DNA from: Balanoglossus misakiensis
Taxonomy: Eukaryota > Animalia > Hemichordata
Direction of reading: 5' to 3'
Length of the DNA: 64,000 bases
Assembly (NCBI GenBank): GCA_040954595.2
Contig: CM082578.2
Span: 4,198,831 to 4,262,830, forward strand
Under the pieces are notes generated by a model, which was not told the DNA's origin, searched no databases, and saw only the letters and a program-made list of their open reading frames with translations. Below are positions 12,201-25,300 of the stretch, one piece after another. The first letter of the stretch is position 1. Every line of letters begins with the position of its first letter. A program made the translations under genes and the position numbers.

Positions 12201-14187
12201 TTATGTGCATACCTAATTCCGGGCTAACTAATAGGGCTAGAGGTTTCGTTCTTGTGGGACATGGACCAGTATAGGGTCAAAATTTCTTGCCCAAATTTTG
12301 GGTGACCTCAGGTGACCTTTGACCTACTTTCCTATATCTCGGCATCCAGAGCAGGTACAGACTTGGCGTTTGGAGGGTTGGGACTAAAATTGAAAAGCCA
12401 AAATTGGGGGTCACCTGTGACACCTGCATATCTCATTAATTATGTACATACCTAATTACAGGCTAAGCAATAAGGCTATAGGTTTGGTTTTTGTTGAACA
12501 TGGACCAGTATAGGGTCAAAATTTCTTGCCCAAATTTTGCATGACCTCAGGTGACCTTTGACCTACTTTACCATATCTTGGCATCCATAGCAGGTACAGA
12601 CTTGGCGTTTGGAGGGTTGGCACTAAATTTGAAAAGCCAAAATTGGGGGTCACCTGTGACACCTGCATATCTCATTAATTATGTGCATACCTAATTCCAG
12701 GCTTACCGATAAGGCTATAGGTTTGGTTTTTATTGAACATGGACCAGTATTAGGTCAAAATTTCTTGCCCAAATTTTGCATGACCTCAGGTGACCTTTGA
12801 CCTACTTTATCATATCTTGGCATCCAGAGCAGGTACAGACTTCGCGTTTGGAGGGTTGGGACTAAAATTGAAAAGCCAAAATGGGGGGTCACCTGTGACA
12901 CCTGCATATCTCATTAATTATGTGCATACCTAATTCCAGACTAACCAATAGGGCTATAGGTTTGGTTTTTGTTGAACATGGACCAGTATAGGGTCAAAAT
13001 TTCTTGCCCAAATTCTGCATGTCCTCAGGTGACCTTTGACCTACTTTTCCATATCTTGACATCCATAGAAGATATGCTTATTGCTATGTTGCTATGTGCT
13101 ATGTCCTCAAATGGGACCACAGTGTCCTTGACGCTATTTTTTTTAATGGAAGCAGGACAATTTGGGGGGAAATTTGGGCGTCGGATGTGGTTTTTTTGGG
13201 GGGGGGGTGCACCCGTTCTGTTTTCAAAAGTTATCAGAGGTAAGAGTTAAACCCCATAACTGAGCTGACGACCGAAAGTTGATTGGAAAATTACACACAA
13301 GGCCTTGTAACGGTTATGCACCTAGCAGCACCCGCTACAATCATTGCAGCTAGTCGTCCGGCAGCTGTCCATTTAGGAATCACCCCCCCCCCCCCAATGG
13401 TACAGCTGCGTACCACAGCTATACTTTCTATAATTAAGCTATGGACACCTATGATTTTCGATTTGTGCCCAATAGCTCAAAATTTGCTTGCCGACCAACT
13501 TCAAAATTGGTGTGCAGGTAGCCTACCTTCTAACAATCATTTTCAGCCCCCAAAATATGGAAATCAACTGATTTTTATCACATTAATTTTTTGATCAAAT
13601 ATGTACGTACACTTATACCTCTAGAGTTCAGCTATGTATGTCCACATCTTATTGTGAAATTCTGCACTGTGCAATGGTCCTGGACAGCAACTGACTATTG
13701 GCCACTGCACCGTGGGACCAAAATAAAAAGTGAAATTTGGGGTCACCTGTGACACCAGCTTAACTGATTATGTGCATACCTAATTCCAGGCTAACCAATA
13801 TGGCTAGACGTTTGGTTTTTGTTGCACATGGACCAATATGGAATCAACATTTTTACGCAAATTTTAGGTGACCTCAGATGACCTTTGGCCTACTTTTACA
13901 TATCTCAGCATCCAGAGCAGATACAGCCTAGTCATTTAGAGGAATGGAACATATGCACATACCTAATTCCAGACTAACCAATAGGGCTAGAGGAGTGGTT
14001 TTTGTTTGACATGAAGCAGTATAGGGTCAAAAATTATTGACTACACTTTTGGTGACCTCTTTGACCTTGTTTCCCATATCTTAGCATCCAAAGCAGATAC
14101 AGCATTGACACTTGATGCAATGGATTTGTCATGATTACTGTACCTCTATTTGCTTGGGCCCCTTCAATGCTGCTTGTAGCTTTAATT
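9274..14187. mobile_element. Hairpin-ended Helentron/HINE-like element (family 1), composite
   Basis: Head TTATTAGGGGCTCAAGC..CTTGGGCCCCTA; tail GCTTGGGCCCC..TGCTGCTTGTAGCTTTAATT; internal tandem repeats. Confidence 0.7.
10094..13143. repeat. ~3-kb palindrome of two opposed family-2 elements with a central 366-bp direct duplication
   Basis: AAAAAATAGCGTCAAGGACACTGTGGTCCCATTTGAGG at the left and its reverse complement at the right; 11160-11525 is repeated at 11526-11891. Confidence 0.9.
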
Positions 14188-14189
14188 AG

Positions 14190-14525
<336 letters not shown>

Positions 14526-15231
14526 TGATGGAAAGTGAATGTTTATATGCATGTTATTGTTAAATAAAGTAGCTACGGCCAGAAAAAGTCATGTGTCCAT
14601 CTACATGTGTATACAGTTAAATCCTACATCACGAGAACTGTATTTCTGACAATATTCAGCACATTTGGTGCAGTAACTACTGACTTGCAGTACTGAATGC
14701 AGAGGTTTGTTTTAAATTATCTAATCAACGGTAATTAACATGACATGTTTTAAAAAGAAATTGGGATGACTGTGACTGCAACCAATTTTGTGATGCGGGT
14801 GTGGTCCACGCCTGCACTCGCAGCAAATCATCCCAGCCCAGAGGTGATATCGAGCGATTTTAATCCTAACAAGAAGTATTGTATATATTCGTATAATTAT
14901 AGTACTTTTTCTGCAGCATTTAAATGCTTGAGCGGAATTTAATGTCACTGGAGATAAACAAGCAATCAGTACAATTTCTACTCCACGAATAACAATCCGG
15001 CTAGACCCTTTCTTTTCTTCTGAAATTAATGTGGGCCTACGAAACTTGATCATAGGGAAACCAAGTATGCCAAAGTGTACATATAATCTAAGACGACGTA
15101 AACTTGAACAAGGCAGTGAAATTGTACCCACAACCATACATGTTCTTTTCATTTTACACACACAAAATTGAACTAGTAAACTCAAGTTATTTCCCAATTA
15201 ATATATTTTCCTTTGACACGCACACATCCAG

Positions 15232-15394
15232 GGCCAGTTGATGGTGACATTCGCTTGGTAGGACCGTATCAGTACAAAGGACGTGTAGAAATATACCACA
15301 ATGGTCAGTGGGGAACGGTCTGTGACAACAGCTTTGATGATAATGCTGCAACAGTTGTGTGTCGTCAACTAGGATATGTTTTACCAGTTTATGG
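15232..15394 (+). CDS. SRCR domain 3, first half
   Basis: [48 protein letters not shown]; donor GG|gtaatt; an alternative acceptor lies 6 nt downstream. Confidence 0.92.
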
Positions 15395-15509
15395 GTAATT
15401 ACAAGATTTAGTCTTAAAACGACCTGTGCTATTCGTTAATCAAAATTCCTGCAGGCGCACACACGCACGCACACATTCACTGTTATGCACAGATAAAGTA
15501 TTTTGTTTT

Positions 15510-15862
15510 AAAGCGACAAAGTCTCTCTCTCGCTGCCCTTTTTTCCATTAATTATATTTGATACAAGACACCGTTTGTTATTCTACATGTGGATATATAG
15601 TGAATGAACGTTCAACCACACACAACTTCCATCCCTCTTGTAGACAGGAGAGTGAAAAAAACTCGCCAAAATGAATAATCGTTCCTTACCATTTATTCAT
15701 TTTGGGTGAGTTTTTACTCTCATATCATACAAGTGGGATGGAAGTTTTGTGTGGTTGATCATTGATTTACTACATATCCACATTTACAGTAACATAAATG
15801 GTGTCTTGTATCAAACATAATCAATGGAAAAGGGGCAGCTGGAGAGAGACTGTGTCCCTTTA
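15510..15862. mobile_element. Palindromic MITE with TTAA-like flanks
   Basis: AAAG(G/C)GACAAAGTCTCTCTCGCTGCCC..GGGCAGC..GAGAGACTGTGTCCCTTTAA; related copies at 39156-40801 (interrupted) and 58210-58318 (half). Confidence 0.75.
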
Positions 15863-15891
15863 AAAGACGTTGAATTCCTGGTGTACCACAG

Positions 15892-16073
15892 GGAATCTTA
15901 TGGAACCGCCTATGGAGAAGCATATTTTGGAGAAGGAGCTGATCCCATATGGTTAAATGGGGTGCAATGTAGTGGAAATGAAATGGTTCTCACTGAATGC
16001 TCTAATAATGGATGGGGAGCACAGAGTTGTCACCACTCTGAAGATGCAGGCGTTCTGTGTGCAAGAAATTCTG
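15892..16073 (+). CDS. SRCR domain 3, second half
   Basis: [47 protein letters not shown]; canonical splice sites. Confidence 0.95.
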
Positions 16074-16479
16074 GTAAGATTGTAATGTATGCACGTCAAT
16101 ATTATCAGAAAATTATCAGTAAGAAAACCAAGAAGTATATTTATATCACAAAACATCTAAAGCAAATATGAAAGCTTAGAAATGGAAAATTAAAGTCAAA
16201 GTAAAATGAAACATTCAACGTGAAAATGAAAACTTAAATTGAATATTTCTTTCTGTAATCCTCCTCGGCAACCCTAATGCAGTGACATTCTACCTTAAAT
16301 CCCCATTCTCCATTTTATACACATACATTAATAGTAAACTGTGGTTTTATTTATTTATGTATTTTATTTATTTACGCTTTTAACGAGCGTCCGATTTACC
16401 CATTGAGCAATATTAATCGGGGCTCATTCGATATATTAATTACAACGAAACCATTTCTTTTCAATTCGCAAAAATCCAG

Positions 16480-16621
16480 CTGCTAACATTCGCTTGGTAG
16501 GACCGAATCAATACATGGGACGTTTAGAACTACGCAGCGGTTGGAACTCTTGGGGAACAGTCTGTTCTCATGGCTTTGATGATATTACTGCAACTGTTGC
16601 GTGTCGTCATCTAGGATTTAG
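16480..16621 (+). CDS. SRCR domain 4, first half (not in the ORF track)
   Basis: Manual translation: ANIRLVGPNQYMGRLELRSGWNSWGTVCSHGFDDITATVACRHLGF; ccag| acceptor and AG|gtaaat donor. Confidence 0.92.
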
Positions 16622-16628
16622 GTAAATT

Positions 16629-18920
16629 AAGCAATAACCCCCACCGCAGGCGGGTATACGCGAGATTTGGGTACAATTCGAGACATATAGCACGAGCCGT
16701 CAGGCGAGTGCTATATGAAGCGAATTGTACCCAAATCTCGTGTATACCTGACTGAGGCGGGGGTTATTGCTATTATATTTTATCATACATGCAACGCCTG
16801 TATTTAACACTTTCTATTGTTCTCGCCCCGAAGATATTTTACGGTATTTCACTCGGTGAAAATATCGCGTCCGCGTCTCGGCGCGACAGTTCGCTGCGCG
16901 CGCGAGCAACACACGGGGCATAGGACTCTAGTGGAGAGGGGTGTTGTAAAATTCGGTTATTAGAAGCTGTAATAAAGTTTTCAAAGCTGGAGGTTTTGTC
17001 AATCTCATGTTGAATGCATCATTTTTAGTTCTTCGAAATTCTCAATGCAAAAAAATTGTTAACATGATATTTTGAAAGAGAACGTAGACAATTTTATTTA
17101 GAATGCGGATGTGCCCATCGTAATGAAAGCTGCCAACCCCCTTAAAATGATACTACGGCCCACACGTCATACGTCACAACATGGCTACTGCCGTGATCCC
17201 AGCGCCCGGTTCAAATTTGAAATTGTTTTTCTCGGCACATTTTCGCAAATCTTACTGTTTTATAGGTAGGCATTATGATAAAGGGGTTATTACACTAATT
17301 TTGGTCGATAACATGACGCATTCTCGTGATGTCCGTATTTTGACTCGTTGCGAAGCTCGAATACGACGCGTTATCGACCAAAATGCGTATAATAACCACA
17401 GGGGCCTCTCCCTCCGCGATTTTGTTTTATTGTTTGTTTGTTTGGTTGTTTGTTGTTGTTGTTGATGATGATGATGATGATGATTTTTGGCATAATAAAC
17501 AAATACATATTTCTTTATTAATAAATATGGTTTGTTGACATGTAAAGGTTAGGGTATATTCGGGCCGGCAAAATCCAGGGGGGGTCACTTAAATTTTGAA
17601 GTCCAAAAGGGGGGGGGTCATCTGGTTTTTTTAAACGTTTAGGGGGGGGGGTCACATACTTTTGCCACCGCACTTTTGCTTTTGAGTCCACAAAATTGCA
17701 GTTTCGCGCCCTTTATTTTACAAAATTTTCTAATGTGGGAGGGGGACACCCCCTCCCACGCCCACCCCCTTCATTCTCCGCCACATTTCGTTTTTTGCTG
17801 GTTTGTCTAGTGTACCAGGGCAGAGTGCTTGCCACCCCAAACCCACTGATGATAATATATAACAAAGTAAATACATAAAGGAGAATAATCATTTAAACCA
17901 TTTCGCATAACTGATAGTTTCGTGCTGCATCTTCTATATACTAGAAGTTTTATAAATGATGTCATGACGAAGATGACGCCAAATCTTCTAACTTTGAGAG
18001 GAGTGGCAAAAGGTCAAATTGGTCCTCCCAAACATTGAGATAATTTGATTTTGAGTTCATAAAAATGCAACTCTGAGCTACATATTTTACACAATTTTCT
18101 TAGGTGGGAGGGGGACACCACCCACCTACCACACCCACACCCACCCCCTCCATTCTTCGCCACATACCATTTATTCGCTGGTTTGCCTAGTGTACCAGGG
18201 CAGACTTCTTACCACCCCACCCCCGATGCTTACTTTGAGTGGAGTGGCAAAATTAAAATTTGTCCTCCCTAACATTGAGTTAATTTGCTTTTCTTGTTTT
18301 ACCGATTCTAGCAACTATTGTATTGACTTGTCATTTTAATTTGTTCATAGATTTCTTTATTGCAACGATATACTATTATATACTTCAATAATACTTTAAG
18401 AAATTTATAATTGAGGTGTGAGGAGCCTCATTCCCTTTATTGGATACAGTGTACATAGGATCAGTACGGCGAATGTTTTCGGCGTGGGGGGGGGGTCATC
18501 ATATTTTTGGGTCTGTCAAAGGGGGGGTCATCATTTTTTGGTCCTGGGTGAAGGGGGGGGGGGGGTCGGCCTGATTTTGAGAACCGATGACACAAACTTG
18601 CCGCCCCCCCCCCCCTGCCGTAAAAACTGAACGGTCCCTAAACATAAAGCAGACGACAAAAAGTGAAAAGACGGGCATCGCGCGTGGCAAAGTGACAAAT
18701 ATTTCCACAGAGCAGTTCCAAAATAAAACGTCCGTTAATTCAACAGTATTTTTGTTTTATTTATTTGGTTTAAACACGCGCGACTGTGGTTTGACCGCAC
18801 ATTTTTGCTGCTGTATGCTAGTTTAGGGTCCCGTTTTAGCAAAGCATTATTGAGTATTTTAGCATCGCTGGATTGAGCTCTCGTCCAATCAGAATTGCGG
18901 ACGGTAGCATGATATAATAT
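16629..18920. mobile_element. Palindrome-headed repeat with nested insertions
   Basis: Hairpin 16629-16775 and tail 18640-18920 match 8158-8693 in inverted orientation. The nested segment 16781-17397 recurs at 44881-45511. Confidence 0.75.
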
Positions 18921-19104
18921 AATACAAGATTTGTTATTTTCAATATGACTCGTGCTATTGCTTCTGTGAATTCGTTGTACCACTTTTATGGATGGACTTT
19001 GCTTTTTTGTAATTCAATACACACATACATGCACATCATCATCGGACACATACACACGCGTGCACAAAGGAACGTACGCGCACACATTCACACATAAATA
19101 TACA

Positions 19105-19107
19105 CAA

Positions 19108-19141
<34 letters not shown>

Positions 19142-19205
19142 ATACATACATACATACATACATACATACATACATACATACATACATACATACATACATA
19201 CATAC
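19105..19205. repeat. (CA)n-(CATA)n microsatellite
   Basis: Directly visible; expands the CA-rich tract present in each SRCR phase-2 intron. Confidence 0.95.
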
Positions 19206-19223
19206 CATTGTTAAAATAATTAA

Positions 19224-19905
19224 AGCCCCAGTATTTCTTGTGTGTATTCATCGAAAATTGCCCGTTTTCCCCGTACATTCATCATGGAATACTACATAAT
19301 GAAGATGTAAGAAAGGTTTGGGCAATTGTAGCCACATGTAAGCCGAAAATGCAGAAGACTGTCAGCAAAATCAGAAGCCTTCAACATAACACAATATTGC
19401 TAATCAGCATGGTATCCCAATGGGATACATTATGCATGCAAACTCCTTAAACGCTGCTAATCGCTTTCCCGCCTGTACTGCCAGGGTAGGGCGAGGGGGG
19501 GGGGGGGGGGGGGGAGTAACCTCGCGCGGTACCGCCTATTTGAAAATGACCTCTTCCCTTAGTGCACGTCTCTTCGCTAAGTCGCTAGATTTGGGGCGAC
19601 CAAACCTCTTCCGCGTAGGACGTGGACGCCGCGCCGTTGCTGTTTGCTGAAACTTGTGTACATTTGAGTGCGCATGCGCAGTAGAGTTATTACGTTGCAT
19701 TCCGTGCGTCAACAGGAGCCTGACTTCACGTGACTTTCTGTCTGGAGAGAAAGTCATTCTTCACTCGTTATATTGTAAATTGTATGAGTTTATCAGCAGA
19801 GCTGGGGATGATGACTGTTCGATTAAGTATCAATTATCATCTACTTTTAGAAATTATAGATACCGTTTCAAACTAAATTATTCCCAAACGAGAAATACTG
19901 AGGCT
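19224..19905. mobile_element. TTAA-flanked TIR element, same family as 3577-4179
   Basis: ttaa-AGCCCCAGTATTTCT..AGAAATACTGAGGCT-ttaa. Confidence 0.8.
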
Positions 19906-19946
19906 TTAATTTGTTTTCTAAGCGTTGAATGCCTTATCTATTTCAG

Positions 19947-20119
19947 TCGAAGGTTTGGAATCGCCTACAAAGGAGCACATTTCGGAGAAGGAGCTGGTTA
20001 CAATTTGCTAGATGACCTGAAGTGTCATGGAAATGAAACGAATCTCGGTTACTGCTCCCTTCCTTGGAAGAGAAGAAGCAATTGTGAGCACAATCAGGAT
20101 GTCAGCGTTTCCTGTTCAG
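19947..20119 (+). CDS. SRCR domain 4, second half
   Basis: AHFGEGAGYNLLDDLKCHGNETNLGYCSLPWKRRSNCEHNQDVSVSCS. Confidence 0.9.
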
Positions 20120-20719
20120 GTAGTTGATGTAAAGTAAACGTTTATGCGCATGAGGAAAAATTGCTGGGGAGACGCACGGACCCTTCACATGTGTAAAATT
20201 GTGCGACTGTAATATATTCAGATTTATTGTATAAACGAACTGACTTAATGACATTTCGTTAATATTTGTGCAATTTGTTAGTCAGTAATGATTGAATTAC
20301 AATGTTTTACAAAAATGTTATCAAATAGAACAGTCAAAGGCGAACTGTTTGCTTGTGAGGTTCTTGACAACATACTGTTATAAAAGGCATATTTTGTAAT
20401 TCGCAAAAAAGACTACCAAGAGATCCGTACCATAAACAGATGAAAATATCTCCCGGGAGGGAACCCGGAGAATATCGGAGAGATTAAAAAATAGTTTAAG
20501 GCAAACCAAAACTTCCAAAGTTCCATACAATTGGGCTATAAGACAACATCTTCCAAAAGACCTGCTGTTGTCATGTGAACTGTCTTGGCCTAATTGTTTC
20601 ATCTTCATATGCCTGACGCCAACTTTGGCCGAAGCTGTCTGTTTTCATTTTGAGATGCAGTTTGTAGATTATACGGCAGTACACATAGGGCGGCTAATTC
20701 TAATCAGTTTGATTTTCAG

Positions 20720-20734
20720 GGAAGAGTCGACTTG
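20720..20734 (+). CDS. Candidate 15-nt microexon (GKSRL linker)
   Basis: gattttcag|GGAAGAGTCGACTTG|gtgagt; strong sites at both ends; frame-preserving, phase 1-1. Confidence 0.6.
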
Positions 20735-20826
20735 GTGAGTGATATGTTACGTGTACTATATCCCCAATTGGTAGGGGACATCTGATTCAACTTTTGCATG
20801 ATATTTTGCATTCTTCTTTTCCACAG

Positions 20827-21405
20827 CATGCATTATTTTGGAATTTCACAATGCAGACACGAATGTAACTATTTCAAAAGATATTCCGAATCTGGATACC
20901 GTGACAGTGTGTATCTGGTTAATAACCACACAGTCTGGGCGGGTCTCACTGGTGTCCTATGCATCTCCTCAGCACCACGACGGACTGCTAATGTATTACT
21001 CTACGGCTGGCATGCTCCTTGTGATCACAGGCCAATCGATCAGCACGCTGTTAGTGGTGAACACTGGCACTTGGCACCACGTGTGTGCCACATGGTCATC
21101 TGAGAATGGCGCGTGGGAATACTACGACAACAGCGTCCTCTACCAGAATGGCGATGGCTTAAACCCGGGCGAACCTATACCTGGCGGTGGCCGATTAGTT
21201 TTGGGACAGGAACAACTCAACATCGGGGGAGGGAACTTCGATACAAATTCGGCACTGGTGACAGGTAGTTTAACAGGACTGAATGTGTGGGCCACAAAAC
21301 TGTCTGGGAATGACATTGCTGAGGTGGCAGCGGGAACTTATGAGAGAGATACTCATAAACCGTGGAATCTCGCTCCGTTTCTCATAAATGGCAATGGTAT
21401 CCTCC
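20827..21405 (+). CDS. Pentraxin / LamG-like domain exon
   Basis: TVCIW..SYAS..WHHVCATWSSENGAWEYY..IPGGGRLVLGQEQ..GGNFD..GSLTGLNVW contains the pentraxin HxCxTW and LGQEQ signatures. Confidence 0.95.
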
Positions 21406-22320
21406 GTAAGTATTTTGTTTTAACATCACTTTGTAGTGTCCTTCAGTACAGACTTTTGTTATTGTACTACTATCCTCGGTGATGATTTCCCGGTTATTGC
21501 GAGATCTCTCGAGATTTGGTTAAATACCCTTGCAATGGGTTGTTAGTCAGGTAATATGCGTTAAGTTGTGTGTGAAATCATAATAAGGTGCAGAGTTTAA
21601 AGAAAATTTGAGTTTTATTGCCGTTTTAAGCGGTCGTCCGTGTGTATCGTGTCCTGTGTCAAATGAAAATGTCCTCCCATAGAAACTACGTGTATACCAT
21701 GCGCCGAGTCACGCGAGATCTTGCAGTGTCTCTTGTCTATTCGGAAAGTAAAATATTGTGTGTTTTCATGTTTTCATTTAGTGAAATGAAACGGTTTTGC
21801 CTCTATGTCTTACGGTGTGGTCTTTTAAGGTTGTAGGATGTCGCAGTTTGTGTCGACACCAACATTGTATAGTGACAGTTGGTGATAATGGCAATTTACT
21901 TTGTAGCATAAAACTCCTAACTTTTTATAATACTTAACTTTTTCTATAAAGCCTTATATCGTTTATGGGCAAATTTGACCCAAATCCATGGGTAAGGCAA
22001 TTCTTTTCATGTTAAAGGTTTGTATAATGATATTTATTTCACAAAGAAAAAGTATACCCAAATGGTATTTGCCATCAGCTGTGCAGTTTTAAATCAAATA
22101 AGCCACATAATATTCCATAGGCAATCAATTTTTAATTTTTCTGACTATGCCTGCGAATACAACAAGGTGGGTGGGGGCAACTAAGACTTCAAGATATTAT
22201 CCTGTATTTCGACCACAGTCTTGTTTTACCGAGGGACTCCAGACATCCCGTCATATGCTTTTGCACTTCATGTCAATCTGGGAACTTGGATAAAGTTTTT
22301 CCCTCCGATTTATGCGTGTA

Positions 22321-25300
22321 ATTAGGGCCCAAGCGCACGCAAGCGCTTGGGCCCTATTGGTTTCGTTGGAATTTTTACGGGCCCAAGCCAAGCCAGGCTT
22401 GGGCCCGTATTGGTTTCGTTGGGGTTTTTAGGGCCCAAGCGCACACCAGCGCTTGGGCCCTATTGGTTTCATTGGGTTTTTTAGGGCCCAAGCGCAAGCA
22501 AGCGCTTGGGCCCTATTGGTTTCGTTGGAATTTTTTACGGGCCCAAGCCAAGCCAGGCTTGGGCCCGTATTGGTTTTGTTTGGTTTTGTTGGGGTTTTTA
22601 GGGCCCAAGCGCAAGCAAGCGCTTGGGCCCTATTGGTTTCATTGGAATTTTTAGCGCCCAAGCGCACACCAGCGCTTGGGCCCTATTGGTTTCGTTGGAA
22701 TTTTTCAGTCTTTCTTTATTCTTGTGTCAATTCTTTGTCGCTCTAGATCTCAGACACTGCTGCAGGTACACTTCTCAAACTTGCTACAGTGGTCAAGGTC
22801 AATTAGTAGATGTGCATTGAACCTGTGAATTTTTAATTAGTCACGTGACCTGGTGGCCATATTGGATTTTCTGAAAAAATGCAAATCTCAGATCTCAGAA
22901 ACTACAAGTCAGATCGACTTCAAATTTGGTGTGCAGGTAGTCTACCTTCTACGCATCATTTTTGTAATTGGAAATTATGCTGTCAATGTTGCGGTTTTTT
23001 TGCTACAATTTTTTTTCTGAAATCTGGCTTAAATTTCAAAAATCTTCTTCTCCAGAACCGGTGATAACCGAGTCACGCCGTTTGGGATATGTGGTCACCT
23101 AACTGATGTCTATCAAGTTTGCGAAGATCATTGTGATTGGTCGAAGATTATGGCGGCCATATTGGATTTTGTGAAAAACTATTAAAAAGTAAAAATTCCT
23201 TTTCTAGCCTAAAAATTGATAGCACAGAAAATCTTTTTATGGATATGAATCATCATATGACTAGAATAAGCTATAAATATTTTGGTAATTTTGGCAATGA
23301 CCTTTGACCTACTTTTGACGCATCATTTTTCTGCATATCTAATTCCAGGCTAACCAATAGGGCTATAAGTTTGGTTTTTGATGTATGTGGATTTGTATGT
23401 GATCAAAAAATTTTGCTACTTTTCATGACCCCTTTGACCTCTGCTGACCTCATTAAATATGCACATACCTAATTACAGATGAACCAATAGACCTAGATGT
23501 TTTGTTTTTGTTGGACAGGACAAGTATGCGGTCAAAATTTTTTACCCAAATTTTGGGTGACCTTGGGTGACCTTTGACCTACTTTTGCATATCTCGACAT
23601 CCACAGCAGATACAGCCTTGGCGTTTGAAGGTATGGGGCCATAATGAAAAGCCAAAGTTTTGGGTCACCTGTGACACCTGCTTAACTCATTATTTATGTG
23701 CATACCTAATTCTGGGCTAACCAAAAGGGCTAGAGGTCTGGTTTTTGTTGGACATGGACCACTATGGGTCAAAATTTTCTGCCCAAACTGTGGGTGACCT
23801 CTGGGTGACCTTTGACCTACTTAACACTATTTCAGCACCAAACATAGATATAATCTTGATATTTCATGGGATAAAACACAGCATTATGTTTCTACTCATT
23901 AATTATGTGCATATCTAATAATCAGATCAGATAATAGAGCTTGGGCCCGGGCAATGCTGCTTGCAGCTTTAATTAGGGCCCAAGCGCATACCAGCGCTTG
24001 GGCCCTATTGGTTTCGTTGGGGTTTTTAGGGCACAAGCCAAGCAGGCTTGTGCCCTATTGGTATTACTGGGGTTTTTTAGGGCACAAGCCAAGCAGGCTT
24101 GTGCCCTATTGGTATTACTGGGTTTTTAGGGCACAAGCCAAGCAGGCTTGTGCCCTATTGGTATTACTGGTTTTTTTTAGGGCCCAAGCGCATGCAGCGC
24201 TTGGGCCCTATTGTTATTATCCTGGTTTTTCTTCTACTTCTTCTTTTTTTTTTTCTTGTGTAGTTTTTTTGGCCAGCTAGATCTGGAAAACGGCTAAACC
24301 TACAGATTTCAAACTTGGCACAATGGTGCAGGCCAATGAGAGCTAGTGCAGTACCCTTGTGAATGTTTAATTAGTCATGTGACCTGATGACCATATATGG
24401 GCAAATTTTTCAAAAGGGCCTAATTTGCATATTAATGGAGATATCTAAATTCTTTTAGCGATTTTCGCGGACCATGTGGTCAGTGTCCTACAAGCCAAAT
24501 GTCAAGGCCATAGGCCATGTCAATTTTGAGAAGAAGATTTTTAAGTATTATTTTTCATATTTTTCGCCCAAGCCATGGGCCTATACTTTACATAGTAAAG
24601 CTATGACCAAATATTATTTTCGATAAATATGCATACACATCTCAAAATCTGTTCGGCCGATCATCTCCAACTTTGGTGTGCAGCTAGCCTAGCATTTGTC
24701 AATAATTTTAAGCGGAAAAAAATAATATGAAAAATCGACCGATTTTTTTATATTAATTTTTTTATTAAATTTATACCTTTACTTATACCTCTATAGTTAA
24801 GCTATGTCCATGTCTTATTGTGGAATTGTGGTCTGTGCAATAGTCCTGTACAGTGACTGTCTATTGGTAAGTGAGCACAATGGCACCAAAATAAAAGGCA
24901 ACATTTTAGGCTCACCTGTAACACCTGCTTAACTCATTAATTATGTGCATACCTAATTCCAGGCTAACTAATACAGCTAGAGGTTTTGTTCTTGTGGGAC
25001 ATGGACCAGTATGGGATCAAAAATTTTTGCCCAAATTTTGGGTGACCTCAGGTGACCTTTGACCTACTTTCCTATATCTCGGCATCCACAGCAGGTACAG
25101 CCTTGGCGTTTGGAGGGTTGTGACTAAAATTGAAAAGACAAAATTGGGGGTCACCTGTGACACCTGCTTATCTCATTAATTATGTGCATACCTAATTCCA
25201 GGCTAGCCAATAGGGCTAGAGGTTTGATTTTTGTTGAACATGGACCAGTATGGGGTTAAAATTTCTTGCCCAATTTTGGGTGACCTCAGGTGACCTTTGA

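Noticed and set aside
18988-19299. His/Thr/Tyr-repeat ORFs
   Set aside because: Translation of the (CA)n/(CATA)n microsatellite.
22321-22705. CRISPR-like array of palindromic repeats (also 23974-24230)
   Set aside because: There are no unique spacers and no cas genes. The context is a eukaryotic intron, and each unit equals the terminus of the solo element at 39439-40762.
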